Source: Spirogloea muscicola
Lineage: Eukaryota
Assembly: GCA_009602725.1 (NCBI GenBank)
Contig: WELB01000021.1
Coordinates: forward strand, 626,971 to 676,287
DNA: 49,317 nucleotides
Direction: 5' to 3'
Part shown: positions 23,941 through 35,305 of the stretch, piece by piece
How positions within the stretch are numbered: position 1 is the first letter of the stretch
Layout: each line of letters begins with the position of its first letter
Made by a program: the position numbers and the translations under genes
The notes under the pieces: model-generated
What the model saw: only the letters and a program-made list of their open reading frames with translations
What the model was told of the DNA's origin: nothing
Database searches by the model: none

Positions 23941-26131
23941 ATGGGCAACCCCCTCAGCAAACCAGCAGAGACTGTAGGTAGAGCTATCATCGACTCTGCT
24001 GACAAGCTCAATGGAACAGCCTCATGGGCCGCTGGTAAGGCTGTCTGCTTGCTTGCTTCCAAGAGGTTGCCAAAAACAACATGTCAATCTGCTTATACAC
24101 TGCCTCCACCTCTGGCTCGCAGGCAACTTGATGACACATTGATAACTCAAACGAGCTGCCCTCACCGTGCAGCTCGAGTCGGCGAGTCAGCGGAAGCAGC
24201 AAAAGCTACAATGGCACAGATGAAAGTTGCGGCCAATGCCATTTCCAGAGCAGCCACTCATGCTGAAGTAGCAGCAGATTCAGCTCAGGTTGCTTGCGCC
24301 AAGGCCGGGTTTAGGGTTTAGAGTTTTAGGGTTTAGGGTTTGGGGGTTTAAAGTTTAGGCGATGCAAGCAATGCCGTAGAAATATCAGCCGTACAACAGC
24401 ATCATTGGTGGGAGAGCTTGGACCAAAGCTTAGCACGACGCTCGACCAAGCATCATCAATTCCTGGTGCTCTTCAAGATTCTGTCAACCAGATCACGCCA
24501 CAGGCAGCCTCGACTCCGGAGACGGTCCAAAAATGCGTCCAGATCTTGACACCCACTGCACAAAGTGCGCTGGACTCGTTGAGTTTCACAAGCAAGGCAG
24601 TGGGACAGAACATTCCAGCCTTGATGCAAAGCTGTCGTTGATTTGGCGAGCCTGATTTTGCTTGTTGAGTAAAGTGCTGCTTGCTGCATCATCGGCAAAC
24701 TTGATCTAACACACAGGCTGTGCTCATACCAGGCACAAACTGCTGCTTGAAGCAACAGAAAATCATGAAGCTCACAACCTGTAATTTACAATGTACCTGT
24801 ATAGTCCTACCTAGCCTTGGACGAACTTTCAACTCCGCTTTATGAGCATTTATTGACTAATGGCCATGTTTCTCTTCAGCTGTAGCAATCGTTGCAGGCG
24901 CTGCAGCTCTGGCCAGTCCAGCTCAGAATCTGAAAAGAATTGCTGTGAACTCTACAGAACTGGTTGCTACAAAAGAGGCCAGCCTGGTGTTCCGAGCAGC
25001 TGAAGGAACTTCCAAAAGAGCAGGCGGTTTCCTCAGGGGTTGGAAGCATGATCAGCATGGTGTATTCATCCCTGCCACTGAAGATGCATACTTAATGTGC
25101 TGCGACGATTTCACCAAAGAATTGCAAGAGCGTCACTTGGCAAGGTAAGTTGCAACATCCTGAGGAATGGCACACTGCCACCTCACTGAATGCATATCAA
25201 CCACTTATGCTCTACTTTCAAAATAATGCTTCACCCAGCAGTCCTGCCTCGCTTCTCCACTCTGCTTAAAGGCTTTGCAGTGATAGAGTTTAGCTGACAT
25301 CCAAGACAAGCTTCAGTGACGCTTTCTGTCGTCAGGCTGGGGATGGAGGTTTTGAAGATATGAATGAAAAAGTCTCATATGCTGCAGGACACCAAGGCAC
25401 GCAATAGAGAAGGTCAAGGCGATTCGCGAAAGTGGTGTGCTGCTAAAAGGGATGGAGGTTGTCTACCATCGCGACGTCATGAGTTTTACCTGTGATAAAG
25501 ACATTATTGAGAGGCCAGAAGGTATGGGTCTCTTTATCATGTGTGGCAGCACTGACTTGCATGGACAGCCTTACATCAAGTTGAAGGGGGTGATCTGTGA
25601 CATGGACAACTCCGGTGCACCAATGGGAAAGGTATGAATCTAGGATGGCAACCTCAACATGTGGCACTAGAGGTAATCTTCGACTTGCTGACCTTGGTTG
25701 CAGTGCCCGAATACACAAGTTTAGTATGCTGGATCAGGTGTAATTATCACTCTGCTCGTCCCAAGAACGTAGAGATGAAGAAAGCTGAACTCCTCGAGGA
25801 ACATATCTCGACCTGACCAGTCCAACAACTGTTTGACATACTCTTGTGAAGGGAGCATTGTGGTCTGCAGCTGGAGGCGTTTTTGGAGGTGCCTCGCAAG
25901 AAATTCCGATCAAATTGTTGGGCACAAGGGTTGATCAAGCTTGCACTCAAATCCTGCCTTGTTGGTGTACTTCCAGGATATGGCATTATAATAACAACCA
26001 CAACTGTGTTGGAATTCACTTTCTGGGCGTGCAAGCAGTACAACTTGCCAAGAGACAAGCAGGTGGAGAGAAGGCTGTTCCATGGCGGGAAACCTTTACC
26101 AGTATGCAAAGGCATATTGAGCGCGAGCTGA
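23941..26131 (+). CDS. Unknown protein, predicted 425 aa; exons 23941-24034, 24173-24308, 24359-24636, 24880-25144, 25388-25631, 25871-26131
   Basis: All introns are GT..AG and phase-compatible, summing to 1278 nt without internal stops. MGNPLSK start, Ala-rich helical N-half, hydrophobic segment near the C-terminus. All but the last exon are conserved in the paralog at 46713-48255. The model requires the weak donors at 24309 and 24637. Confidence 0.62.
24309..24359 (+). repeat. Interstitial telomeric (TTTAGGG)n-like insertion, 51 bp, within a coding exon
   Basis: gtttagggtttagagttttagggtttagggtttgggggtttaaagtttagg. The paralog reads aaggctggcgaagg with no insert (~47124-47137). Confidence 0.92.
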
Positions 26132-26283
26132 GCCACCAAGATTAGTGATGACTATGGTAACATAGTGAACCAGCTGGGCTGGGAAAGCACTAACTCAGCC
26201 CAGTGGTCACTTAAGCGCTTGTGTGTGTAGTGAGCGCACCAGTACATCTGGCTCATTCATTCCAAAGCCAAACCTCTGCATAA

Positions 26284-26343
26284 GAGAACTGTAGGAGTGA
26301 CCGTTCGCATCTCAGTGAGAACTGTAGGAGTGACCGTTCCATC
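26284..26343. repeat. 33-bp tandem duplication
   Basis: gagaactgtaggagtgaccgttc at 26284 and 26317. Confidence 0.85.
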
Positions 26344-28395
26344 CTAGCGAATGAAGGAGTTCAAGAAGACGAGTCTGCACAGGACTTTGTAGACAGGGAA
26401 GGATTTGGCGCTACAATTTGCGGAACATCAAAGCAGCAGTTCTAGCTAGGCGTCAGCTGCTCATCATCCTCACGGGGCTTCCACCTTAATGCGGTGCTCT
26501 GTACGACTCCTTCCAGATGGTAGCTGGGGAGCAATTGACGCTACACTATGTGCTGGCTTGCCTGCTTCACAAAATTAAGCAAGAGAATTGGAGGAAGTAG
26601 CATGAGCTACTAGACAGCACATCAACCAATCAAAGTGGACCGCAACTCAGCAACAAGGCATACACAGGCAAATAACAGCGTACTACCGTCACCAAATTAC
26701 GGAGTCAAAGAAGTGGAACAAATCTGTGATGGAGACTGCCACTCTTTAAGTTTCCGTCTTTCTACTCCACCTAAATCCTGGGCACGAGGCCGCATGATCT
26801 TTGGACACGAGACAAGCCTACCGTAGCCCAGCTTAGGGTATTCTACTTTTGTGGGTGAATGCGCAATCCAAGCCTTGCAAGAAAATCTGTTCATGAACCT
26901 ATGCAAACAGGACTAAAAGCCGTCGATAGTTTAGTTCCTGTCGGTCGAGGTCAACGTGGACTCATTATTGGAGATAGACCGTCAAAGAATATGAGTTGCG
27001 AAAAGCTCGTCTCTCTCTTATGGTAGCGCGCGGTGGGCAAGTAGGAAGACGTTAGATCTTGAGGAAAGGGGGATAGTATACAGCAAAGATGCAACTCCTT
27101 GAGGAAAAGAAGGTCCAGACGACTCCGCCTGTCCCCTTCGGCCTTAAAGAGAGTAAATGACCTACAATAGTGGCCTGCACCTGAGGATCTGAGCTTTTGC
27201 CTGATGAGGAGGCAGGAAATGAGACTTGCGACTGAGTCGAAGGAATTGCAAGGAACTGACAGATGAGGCTGCTTAGTGGGAGATAGGTTGTGAAGCTGAA
27301 GAGGGGGTGGCCAGGACAGACACGCCAACTCTGAGAGAAGGTCGTGCTCTTGCCTCTGCTGTTTTTCATGAACCTCTTAGCATGTAAAAAGCCACGAGCA
27401 GTGCTGATGCTCCGAAGCAGGCTGCTATCCCCAAGAACCCACACAATGAAGGGAGATACGCTCTTCCATGCTGGCTATCGGTGAGTGTCACCACCCGCTC
27501 GCTCGCATGGTACTGGTAACCTTGCCAGATCCGTCCCGCTTCCGCAAGGCTCCAGTTTGACGACGGGCAGACAGAACGCCAATGACCACGGCTACGTAAG
27601 AAACGTTGGAAGGCAACGCATTGGCTGTAAATTCAATCAAGCAACGAATTCCATAGGCGTCCGACGTTGGAAGAGGAGCTCACCTCGCCCCGACACTCTT
27701 ACAATGTCCCCTTTACAGCTTCCCTAGCCTTTCGGCCTCAAATTACACTATTTGTAATCTGCAAGAATGATTCATCAACGGTCTGCCATCACCCGCCTAC
27801 ACCGACGGTCTACAGTCATCCATCTACCCTGTTCTGCCACCAAACGCTGTAAGTTGATCTGTTGTCAGAATTCATGAAAGCGTCCTCTCTGCACAGTGTC
27901 GTCTAGACTACTGGCATTGTAAATATACACCTGATGTGCTGCTTTCTGTAATACCTTTCAGGCAGCTCAGACCGAACAGCTCAGACGTGATGAAAGACTC
28001 TGACACCCTAGTAAGCATGATGTGCATACATTTGCACGAAAAGATTGGAAGTGCAATTTATTGATATCAGGATTGGCAGTTTGAGAGTATCTCTGAGGCG
28101 CTTCAAAAGTTCCTCAGAAGAAAATTTCTAATAGAGGAATGCCCTTGCGCACGGAAGCGGATCCTAAGTACACAGTACACAGAAAGTGGAGCCACATCAT
28201 TAAGGGAATCATCATTCACTGGAAATAGATTACTTCCAAAGCAGAGTCTGGACTTTGGTAGCATCTGAAATCAGCACAAGGCCTAGTCTTTATATCAGTC
28301 ATCAAGCTAGAATGGACATCCGAAGATCATGCTGACACCACGCTGTATGTCATTGACCTCCTTGCGTATGATCCTTGAACCAACTAAACCCTAAG

Positions 28396-30326
28396 CTAGC
28401 TACACATGTCGAAGAAGGCTAGGAGACCAAGTGATGCAATGCCATTGTCTGACTCTGCTATTTCTCCAGAAGGCAGACGCCACTGATGTTGCGAGTGCAA
28501 GACATCTGCCTGTACTGAATCTGCTTCTGACTGGGTGCTGAAGAAAGAATCGACAGCCTCAAAGTCCGGGGAGAGATTTAGGGACTTGCTGGAGCTCGGT
28601 GTAGAACTGTAGTCCTCCAAGTCCTCTGCCCCTGAGCCTGCTGCAGCGACATCCGCATAGCCTGCACCCTGTCCCTCGAAGATTGCTGCGATGTCCGTGC
28701 TGCGATGTACGTCAGCCATATGTGTGTATTGCTCACATATAATCCATGGTTTCACGGGCACAGAATTTGATGCTTTTGAAATTGCTGGTGCAGGCCCCAA
28801 AGTCTGATGAGCTCCGAGAGGCGTAAGTGCGGCAGTGCTTGGTCCTCCTTTAGGTGGCGGATCAGGGTCTCTTGGACCGATGTCGATGGGTGGGCCCCCA
28901 CCCTGGCTGATAAGAGAGATCGTGATTGGTTTTGGTGGGGCAACGTGGTTATGATAGCCTATATAAGTGACATCAAACACATTCTTGTCGTCCTTAGACA
29001 CCTCCACTTTCTTCTTTGCCAGGCATGGCTGGTCAGAATCCTCCAGACTGCAGCGGAAGTAATTGCGAGGATTTGGCGAGCTCTTGATGGGCTTCCTGCC
29101 GTATTTGCGCCAACGCCAACCATCGTCAGGAATTTGCTTCTCGTCGAAAGGCTCTGGGACTATCACGTGTATCTGCTCAATGGGCACCTTCGGCCTGCAG
29201 AAGTTGGACTTTGAGGTGTTAGTACACATGTGGATTAGAAAGTTGCCACAGATAGCCGCTGACCGTTGCAGCACGTGCTTTGTTTGATGACATCCAAAGT
29301 CGATGCAAAGAGACAGACTTGTCTTGTCGGTGTTGATGAGCTCAATTCTCGTGGTGAGCAAGCTCATGAAATGTGGCTCATTGCAATTGACCACACACAA
29401 ATGCATGTAGCACTCACTTTCTTGAAGATTGGCGACTGCCATCCATCCTGTCGCCGTAGGAGCATCTGGTCCGCTTGGCGCCGGCACTTTTTGCAGCACG
29501 CTGGTTGAGAATATCAGCTCCCTTGTCGCAGTATGATTCATTCGACGCCCTCTTGGCACTGGCTTGCATACGGACATCCTCCTCCATCTTTAAGGGTAGC
29601 AAGGCTGAGTATCCATCGAGGTAAGCCGTGCTCTTCTCACTGGAGCTTGTTGATGCAGACATTGGGCTTGGGGGTGCCGTATGTGGGCCAAGGGCGTTGC
29701 TGCTGCATGCTCCCAGATGGACCCCTCGATCAAGGGCGAGAGAGGGAGAAGAAGCATGAGTACTGGCAACTCCTAGATGGCCTGCAAGGACACGGAACTC
29801 CAGTAACTGCTCTTGGGCTTGCAGCAATGTTTTCGTGAGATCCACCAGCTGCCCCTGCCCAGTGCTTGCTGTACTCGTGGCTGCTAATCCCTCGAAAGTT
29901 CTGTAACAAGTAGAAGAAGACGAAAAGTTGAAGGAACCGCGAGCGCCAGTCATTGAAGCAGGCTCATCACACAATGTAGCAAACTCAAGCACAGCAAGGT
30001 TCCAGGTAGCAACTGAGCAGATGGGCGCATATGTTCAAGCAGCCGTGTGGAGGGTTTTACAGAAGACTCGCTGCTGCGAAGGGCAGTCTTGCGTCTGAGT
30101 GCGGAGAGGTGTACCTAGCTGCAGCTGTGCACGGTGCCAGCTGAGCGAGGTCGTGGCACATCTCCTGCTGGCAAGCAGAGCTCCTCTGGATCCACAACAG
30201 CTCGGCGAGAGCCGCGAGGTTTCCGACGGTGAGGCTCAGAGCGGAGGCGGCCTCCATGAGCCGGCGCGCAGCGTGAGCGTGGAGGTCCGAGCCGCCGGCG
30301 GGGCTTCCTTGGGGCAGCCGCGCCAT
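28396..30326 (-). CDS. WRKY: WRKY transcription factor, predicted 497 aa; exons 30326-30115, 29900-29418, 29194-28396
   Basis: DDGWRWRKYGRKPIKSSPNPRNYFRCSLEDSDQPCLAKKKVE..VTYIGYHNH (heptapeptide at 29092-29112, HNH ends 28945). Both introns are GT..AG phase 2; the acceptor before 29900 has a strong pyrimidine tract. Total 1494 nt. The first exon is less certain. Confidence 0.9.
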
Positions 30327-32179
30327 TCGGGAGACGGCGCAAGGGTTTGGGAGAAGCGGGGGCGCGCTCGCTTAGCAATGGCTCGCTTAGCTGGGCCCTC
30401 CGCGACGAGGGGGAGCTGCTGGGGAGACGTCGCGGCGGTAGGTGGGCAATGCGGGCTTGTGCTGCGAGACGGGGCCCCAGGGCGCTTATATGGGCGTGGC
30501 GGTGCGGCGGCGGCGGCGGCCCGCGGCGGAGTCTGTCCTGCCCGGCGGGCTCCGCCAGTCCGCCACCGCCACAGCCGCGTGTACGTGTCTTGGACTCCGC
30601 CTCCACGGGCGGGGGCGCCCCCCCGGCCGGGCGGGGCCCGCCGCTAGGGTCAACGCCCCCCGCTCGCTAGCCGCCACGTGGAGCAGGCTCGAGGTCCCCG
30701 CTTCCAGCCACCGTTCTGTGCGCAATACCCGGCCCCGCTTCCAGGCCTCCTTCCGATACGCGTCGGGATTGCCACTGCTTGCTCTGCGCTGATAGCAGCC
30801 CATCCTCGAGACGCGACGCCTGCGTAAAAGTACACGAAAGACTCTTCTAGTAGAGGGCGCTGGCTGTGACTGGCCAGCCCAGAGAGATAAGAAGTCGGGT
30901 CAATTGTAGACACAGGCTCGCTTCCCCTGCTTCTGCAGGGCCACTTAACAGGCTACCCGCGTATCTTGCGCCCACATCTGTGACGTCTTTTCCGCCTCCG
31001 AGTCGAGCGCACCCTCAATCACGGATTGCGAGCTCCACTTCCACCTTCGCTGTCCATGACCGCCACCAGCACGGCGCTGTTTTGAAGCTGGGCTGGCTTT
31101 CCATAGCCACTGCCCCCTGGAAGAGCTTTTTCTGCTCGAGCTAGCAATGCTGATCATCTTGACATTCAATCGACTCGCATGGTCTGAGGTGGCGGCTAAT
31201 GCATATCCTCGATCTGGTGGCGCGACCAACATTGCATGGAGAATTAAGAGGCAAGCTACCACGCCTTGCATGTTCAATGGACCTGCACCAACCAGACCGC
31301 TTATTAAATGTAGGGAGTGAAAGGATCTGACAAAGGACGCAATCCACAGTTTACACGGAGCCCAATTTCACTCTTATTTAGCAAAGCGAGAATTTTCCTG
31401 TGAGGCTGGCTCTTGTCGACTGCAGCGTTGACTTGAACTTCATAAATGCTGGCCCTGATGATCCCTTGCCGACTGCGGCAGTAAAGAAGCAAGTCATGTG
31501 CCACAAATGGCCCCCATTACGCCCAACATGCATAGCCTATTGCATACGCAGATGTTCACAGTCAAGGATCTGATGGTTAAGTCAAGTTGATGCACGACGA
31601 CATGAGAAGGATGCTTGCTGTCACAGCCAAGGGCGTCCCCTCAGGAACCGCACATGGAGCCTTACGTTCATGATGGCACGTTGCTGTCTATGCTCGCATT
31701 TACGAGACTAACACTGAAGAAAGGCGTGTTATGATGTAGTTAGTGAAAACAAAATAACAGTCCTCTTGCACTTTTGGAAACTGCGTATATTGGAAGAAGG
31801 GAAGGCTACAGTGGCCAACTACAAGAACAAGCACATCTGTTGACGTACATTAACCACTGCATATTGACCCGCTCAGTATCTACGAATCCGCACAAAGAGT
31901 TCGCTCATTGATGTCTGAAAACCGGATGGAAACTCCAAGCCTTTCTGCCACCAACCAGAGCTCGCCCAGCCTTCTGGTGCATAGCACGCTACAAACAGGC
32001 CGACACACGCCCGCGCAAGATCAACACTTATGCAGCTGGCAAGCCCATCTCGGCCAGAAGCAAATCTGCATGTCCTGCATAGCCTAGTTTGGCAATTAAT
32101 TCAAGGAGGGTGTAGAGCTGAGGACCTATACAGCAAAGATATCGACTGAAGCCGAGTGGGAAAACGCCGAGCGAGCCCG

Positions 32180-32822
<643 letters not shown>

Positions 32823-33490
32823 GTTTCGTCGTGTGAGCTCATGGTTCAGTATTGCACAGAAGAGTGACATGTATCGAGTGATGGAGGGCCAGAGTGACCA
32901 AAAACAAAGGGAAGCAACTTCATATCGGGCAGGGCAATCCACAAGCAGGTGAAGAGGGCAGGCGTGATACAAAAGGAGCCCGGTGATTGTTTGCAGCAGC
33001 AAGCATGGTGGTGCAGCCATGACGTCGATTGCAAAGAATGGGCTCGAGAAGCTGGAACGAAGCTTTATCTGCATCAGCAGTCTGCTTGCCCAGAGGCAGC
33101 CTTCGTCAGAGCCCCGCCTCGCGGCGGCTTTAGCGCTTGGCCCGTGCGCTCTGCTGTGGACGCCGCAGGTTGCTCAATGGCCGCTTGCTTGCTGCCTGAA
33201 CGTGGCAGTCGCAACAACTCTCTCCACTCTGCACTGCGGGGGGTGCGCCCTTCTTGGCACCATGCCTCGACCATGACGGGGCGGGCGACTTGTCGCCCTA
33301 GGTCAATGTCCGATCAGCGTTTCCAGCAGCCTGCACTCCCAGTAGACGGCGAACCTGAGATGATAAGTCGAGCCGGCGGCGGCCATGACTGCGGGAGCGC
33401 GTCGCGACGAGCTTGAAAACAATGCGGCTGCTGATATAAAAGGTAAAAGCCAGCCAGGTGCATTGAGCAGAGCGCTGCCTGGACGACATA

Positions 33491-33559
33491 GGGCCCACGG
33501 CCCCCCATCGGGCCCACGGCCCCACATCGGACCCACGGCCCGCCATCGGGCCCACGGCC
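33491..33559. repeat. 19-bp tandem repeat x3.6, each unit containing GGNCCCAC
   Basis: gg(g/a)cccacggcc..catc units start at 33491, 33510, 33529 and 33548. Confidence 0.9.
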
Positions 33560-33829
33560 AGCCCAGCTTGTCGGTGGTGCGTTGACCCCTGCGCGCGGGG
33601 TCAATGCGCTTGATTGGGCGGGAGGTCCTCGCCCGGCCGCCCGTTGACCTCCACATAGGAGCTTGTGGGAGGGAGCAGTTGACTGGACGGAGACTTCACC
33701 TTCGAATTTTCAGATGTGGAGCGCACACTTCTCCAGCTCCTCGGTGCCCTCCTCGGCGAGCTGGAGGCAACGTGCCCGCCCTTAACTTGGATGGCGCTGA
33801 GTTGAGCAGCTCGCTGCTGCAGCGTCGTC

Positions 33830-35305
33830 GCAGCAGCAGCGGCAGAGAGGCGCAGCTCACACTCCCCGCCTAGGAGCACACTCCATAGGTCCATATGGCG
33901 ATGTAATGGGCTGCAAGGCTCTGCGTTTGTAACATCACCAGAGGCATTCACTTAGCATCCGACACATTGACCAAAATATTGTATAATCCGATGCTGAGGA
34001 CTGCAACTGCAGTGGTCAAGCGTGGCTCGATGCTCACGCTTCAGTAGATGCCGTGTCGCTTGATGGTACACCAAGGATGTAAATGACAGCTAAATCACCC
34101 CTGAGCTTCATCCACACTCCATTCCTGTACAATTGACCACGACAAGAGTACCATACTTTGTGGCTGCTCCTGCTTGTGAAGCTTCAAGCGCCTCCATTTG
34201 CTATATGACAAGCGTTAACAGTCTTAGAGGCAACCCATGCAAGTGAGTTACCTTCTTGACAAATCTGCAGCAATTCACATTGGCAAACCACTAGATGACA
34301 GTGTCATTGTTCCATGGCACACAGAATGCATGATCTAGAAGCATATAGAACTTGCATCCATGCAAGAAAAGCACTTGCTCTCTACGAGAAGTGGTAACCT
34401 TCTTGAAGTCCTGCTCTTCGTTGTGGTATGAGAAGGTCATATTCATCAAGTGCGCACATTCTTAGAGGCAGCCCATGCAAGTGAGTCACCTTCTTGACAA
34501 ATCTGCAGCAACTCACATTGGCAAACGACTAGATGACAGTGTCACTGTTCCAACGGCACACAGAATGCATGATCTAGAATCACATAGAACTTGCATTCAT
34601 GCAAGAAAGCACTTGCTCTCTACGAGAAGTAGTAACCTTCTTGAAGTCCTGCTTTTCGTTGTGGTATGAGAAGGTGGTCATGACTATCAGAAATCTCAGT
34701 GCCGCCGCTGCAGCAGTGGCGGCGAGGCGCAGCTCACACTCCCTGCTCGAGATCACACTCCATAATTTCATATGGCGATGAAGTGGGCTGCAGAGACTCT
34801 GCGTGTGTGACATCAACAGAGTAATCTATATAGCATCCGACACACTGACCAAATACTTGTATTTTTCGATGCTGAGGGACTGCAATGCAGTAGTCAAGCG
34901 TGGCTCGATGCTCACGCTTCAATAGATGCTGTGTCACTTCATGATACACTGAGGATGTGAACCACGGCTGGATCACCCCTGACAGTTGACCACGACAAGA
35001 GTACCATACTTTGTGGCTGCTCTTGCTTGTGAAGCTTCAAGCACCTCCACTTGCTGCAATACAAGTGCGAACATTCTTAGAAGCAGTCCATGCAAGTGAA
35101 TCACCTTCATGACTAATTTGCAGCAACTCATATCAGAAAAGCACTAGAGGACGGGATCACTGTTCCAATGGCACACACAATCCATGAACTTGAATACCAC
35201 AGAACATGCATTCATGCAAGAAATGCACTTGCTCTACAAAATGTGGTAACCTTCTTGAAGTACTTCTCTCCACCGTGGGATGAGAAGGTGGTCATGTTCA
35301 TCAGA
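33830..35305. repeat. Compound local tandem duplication A-B-B'-A'-B''
   Basis: A ~33830-34220 matches ~34705-35070. B (cttagaggca.cccatgcaagtga..gagaagg) occurs at ~34222, ~34461 and ~35076. Confidence 0.9.

Noticed and set aside
29195..29577. N-terminal part of the 393-aa ORF as WRKY coding sequence
   Set aside because: 29417-29195 is better read as a GT..AG intron that links in phase to the 29414-29992 frame.
33491..33559. CRISPR array (also considered for 26284-26343 and the recurring UTR motif)
   Set aside because: No unique regularly sized spacers, no cas genes, and a eukaryotic context.
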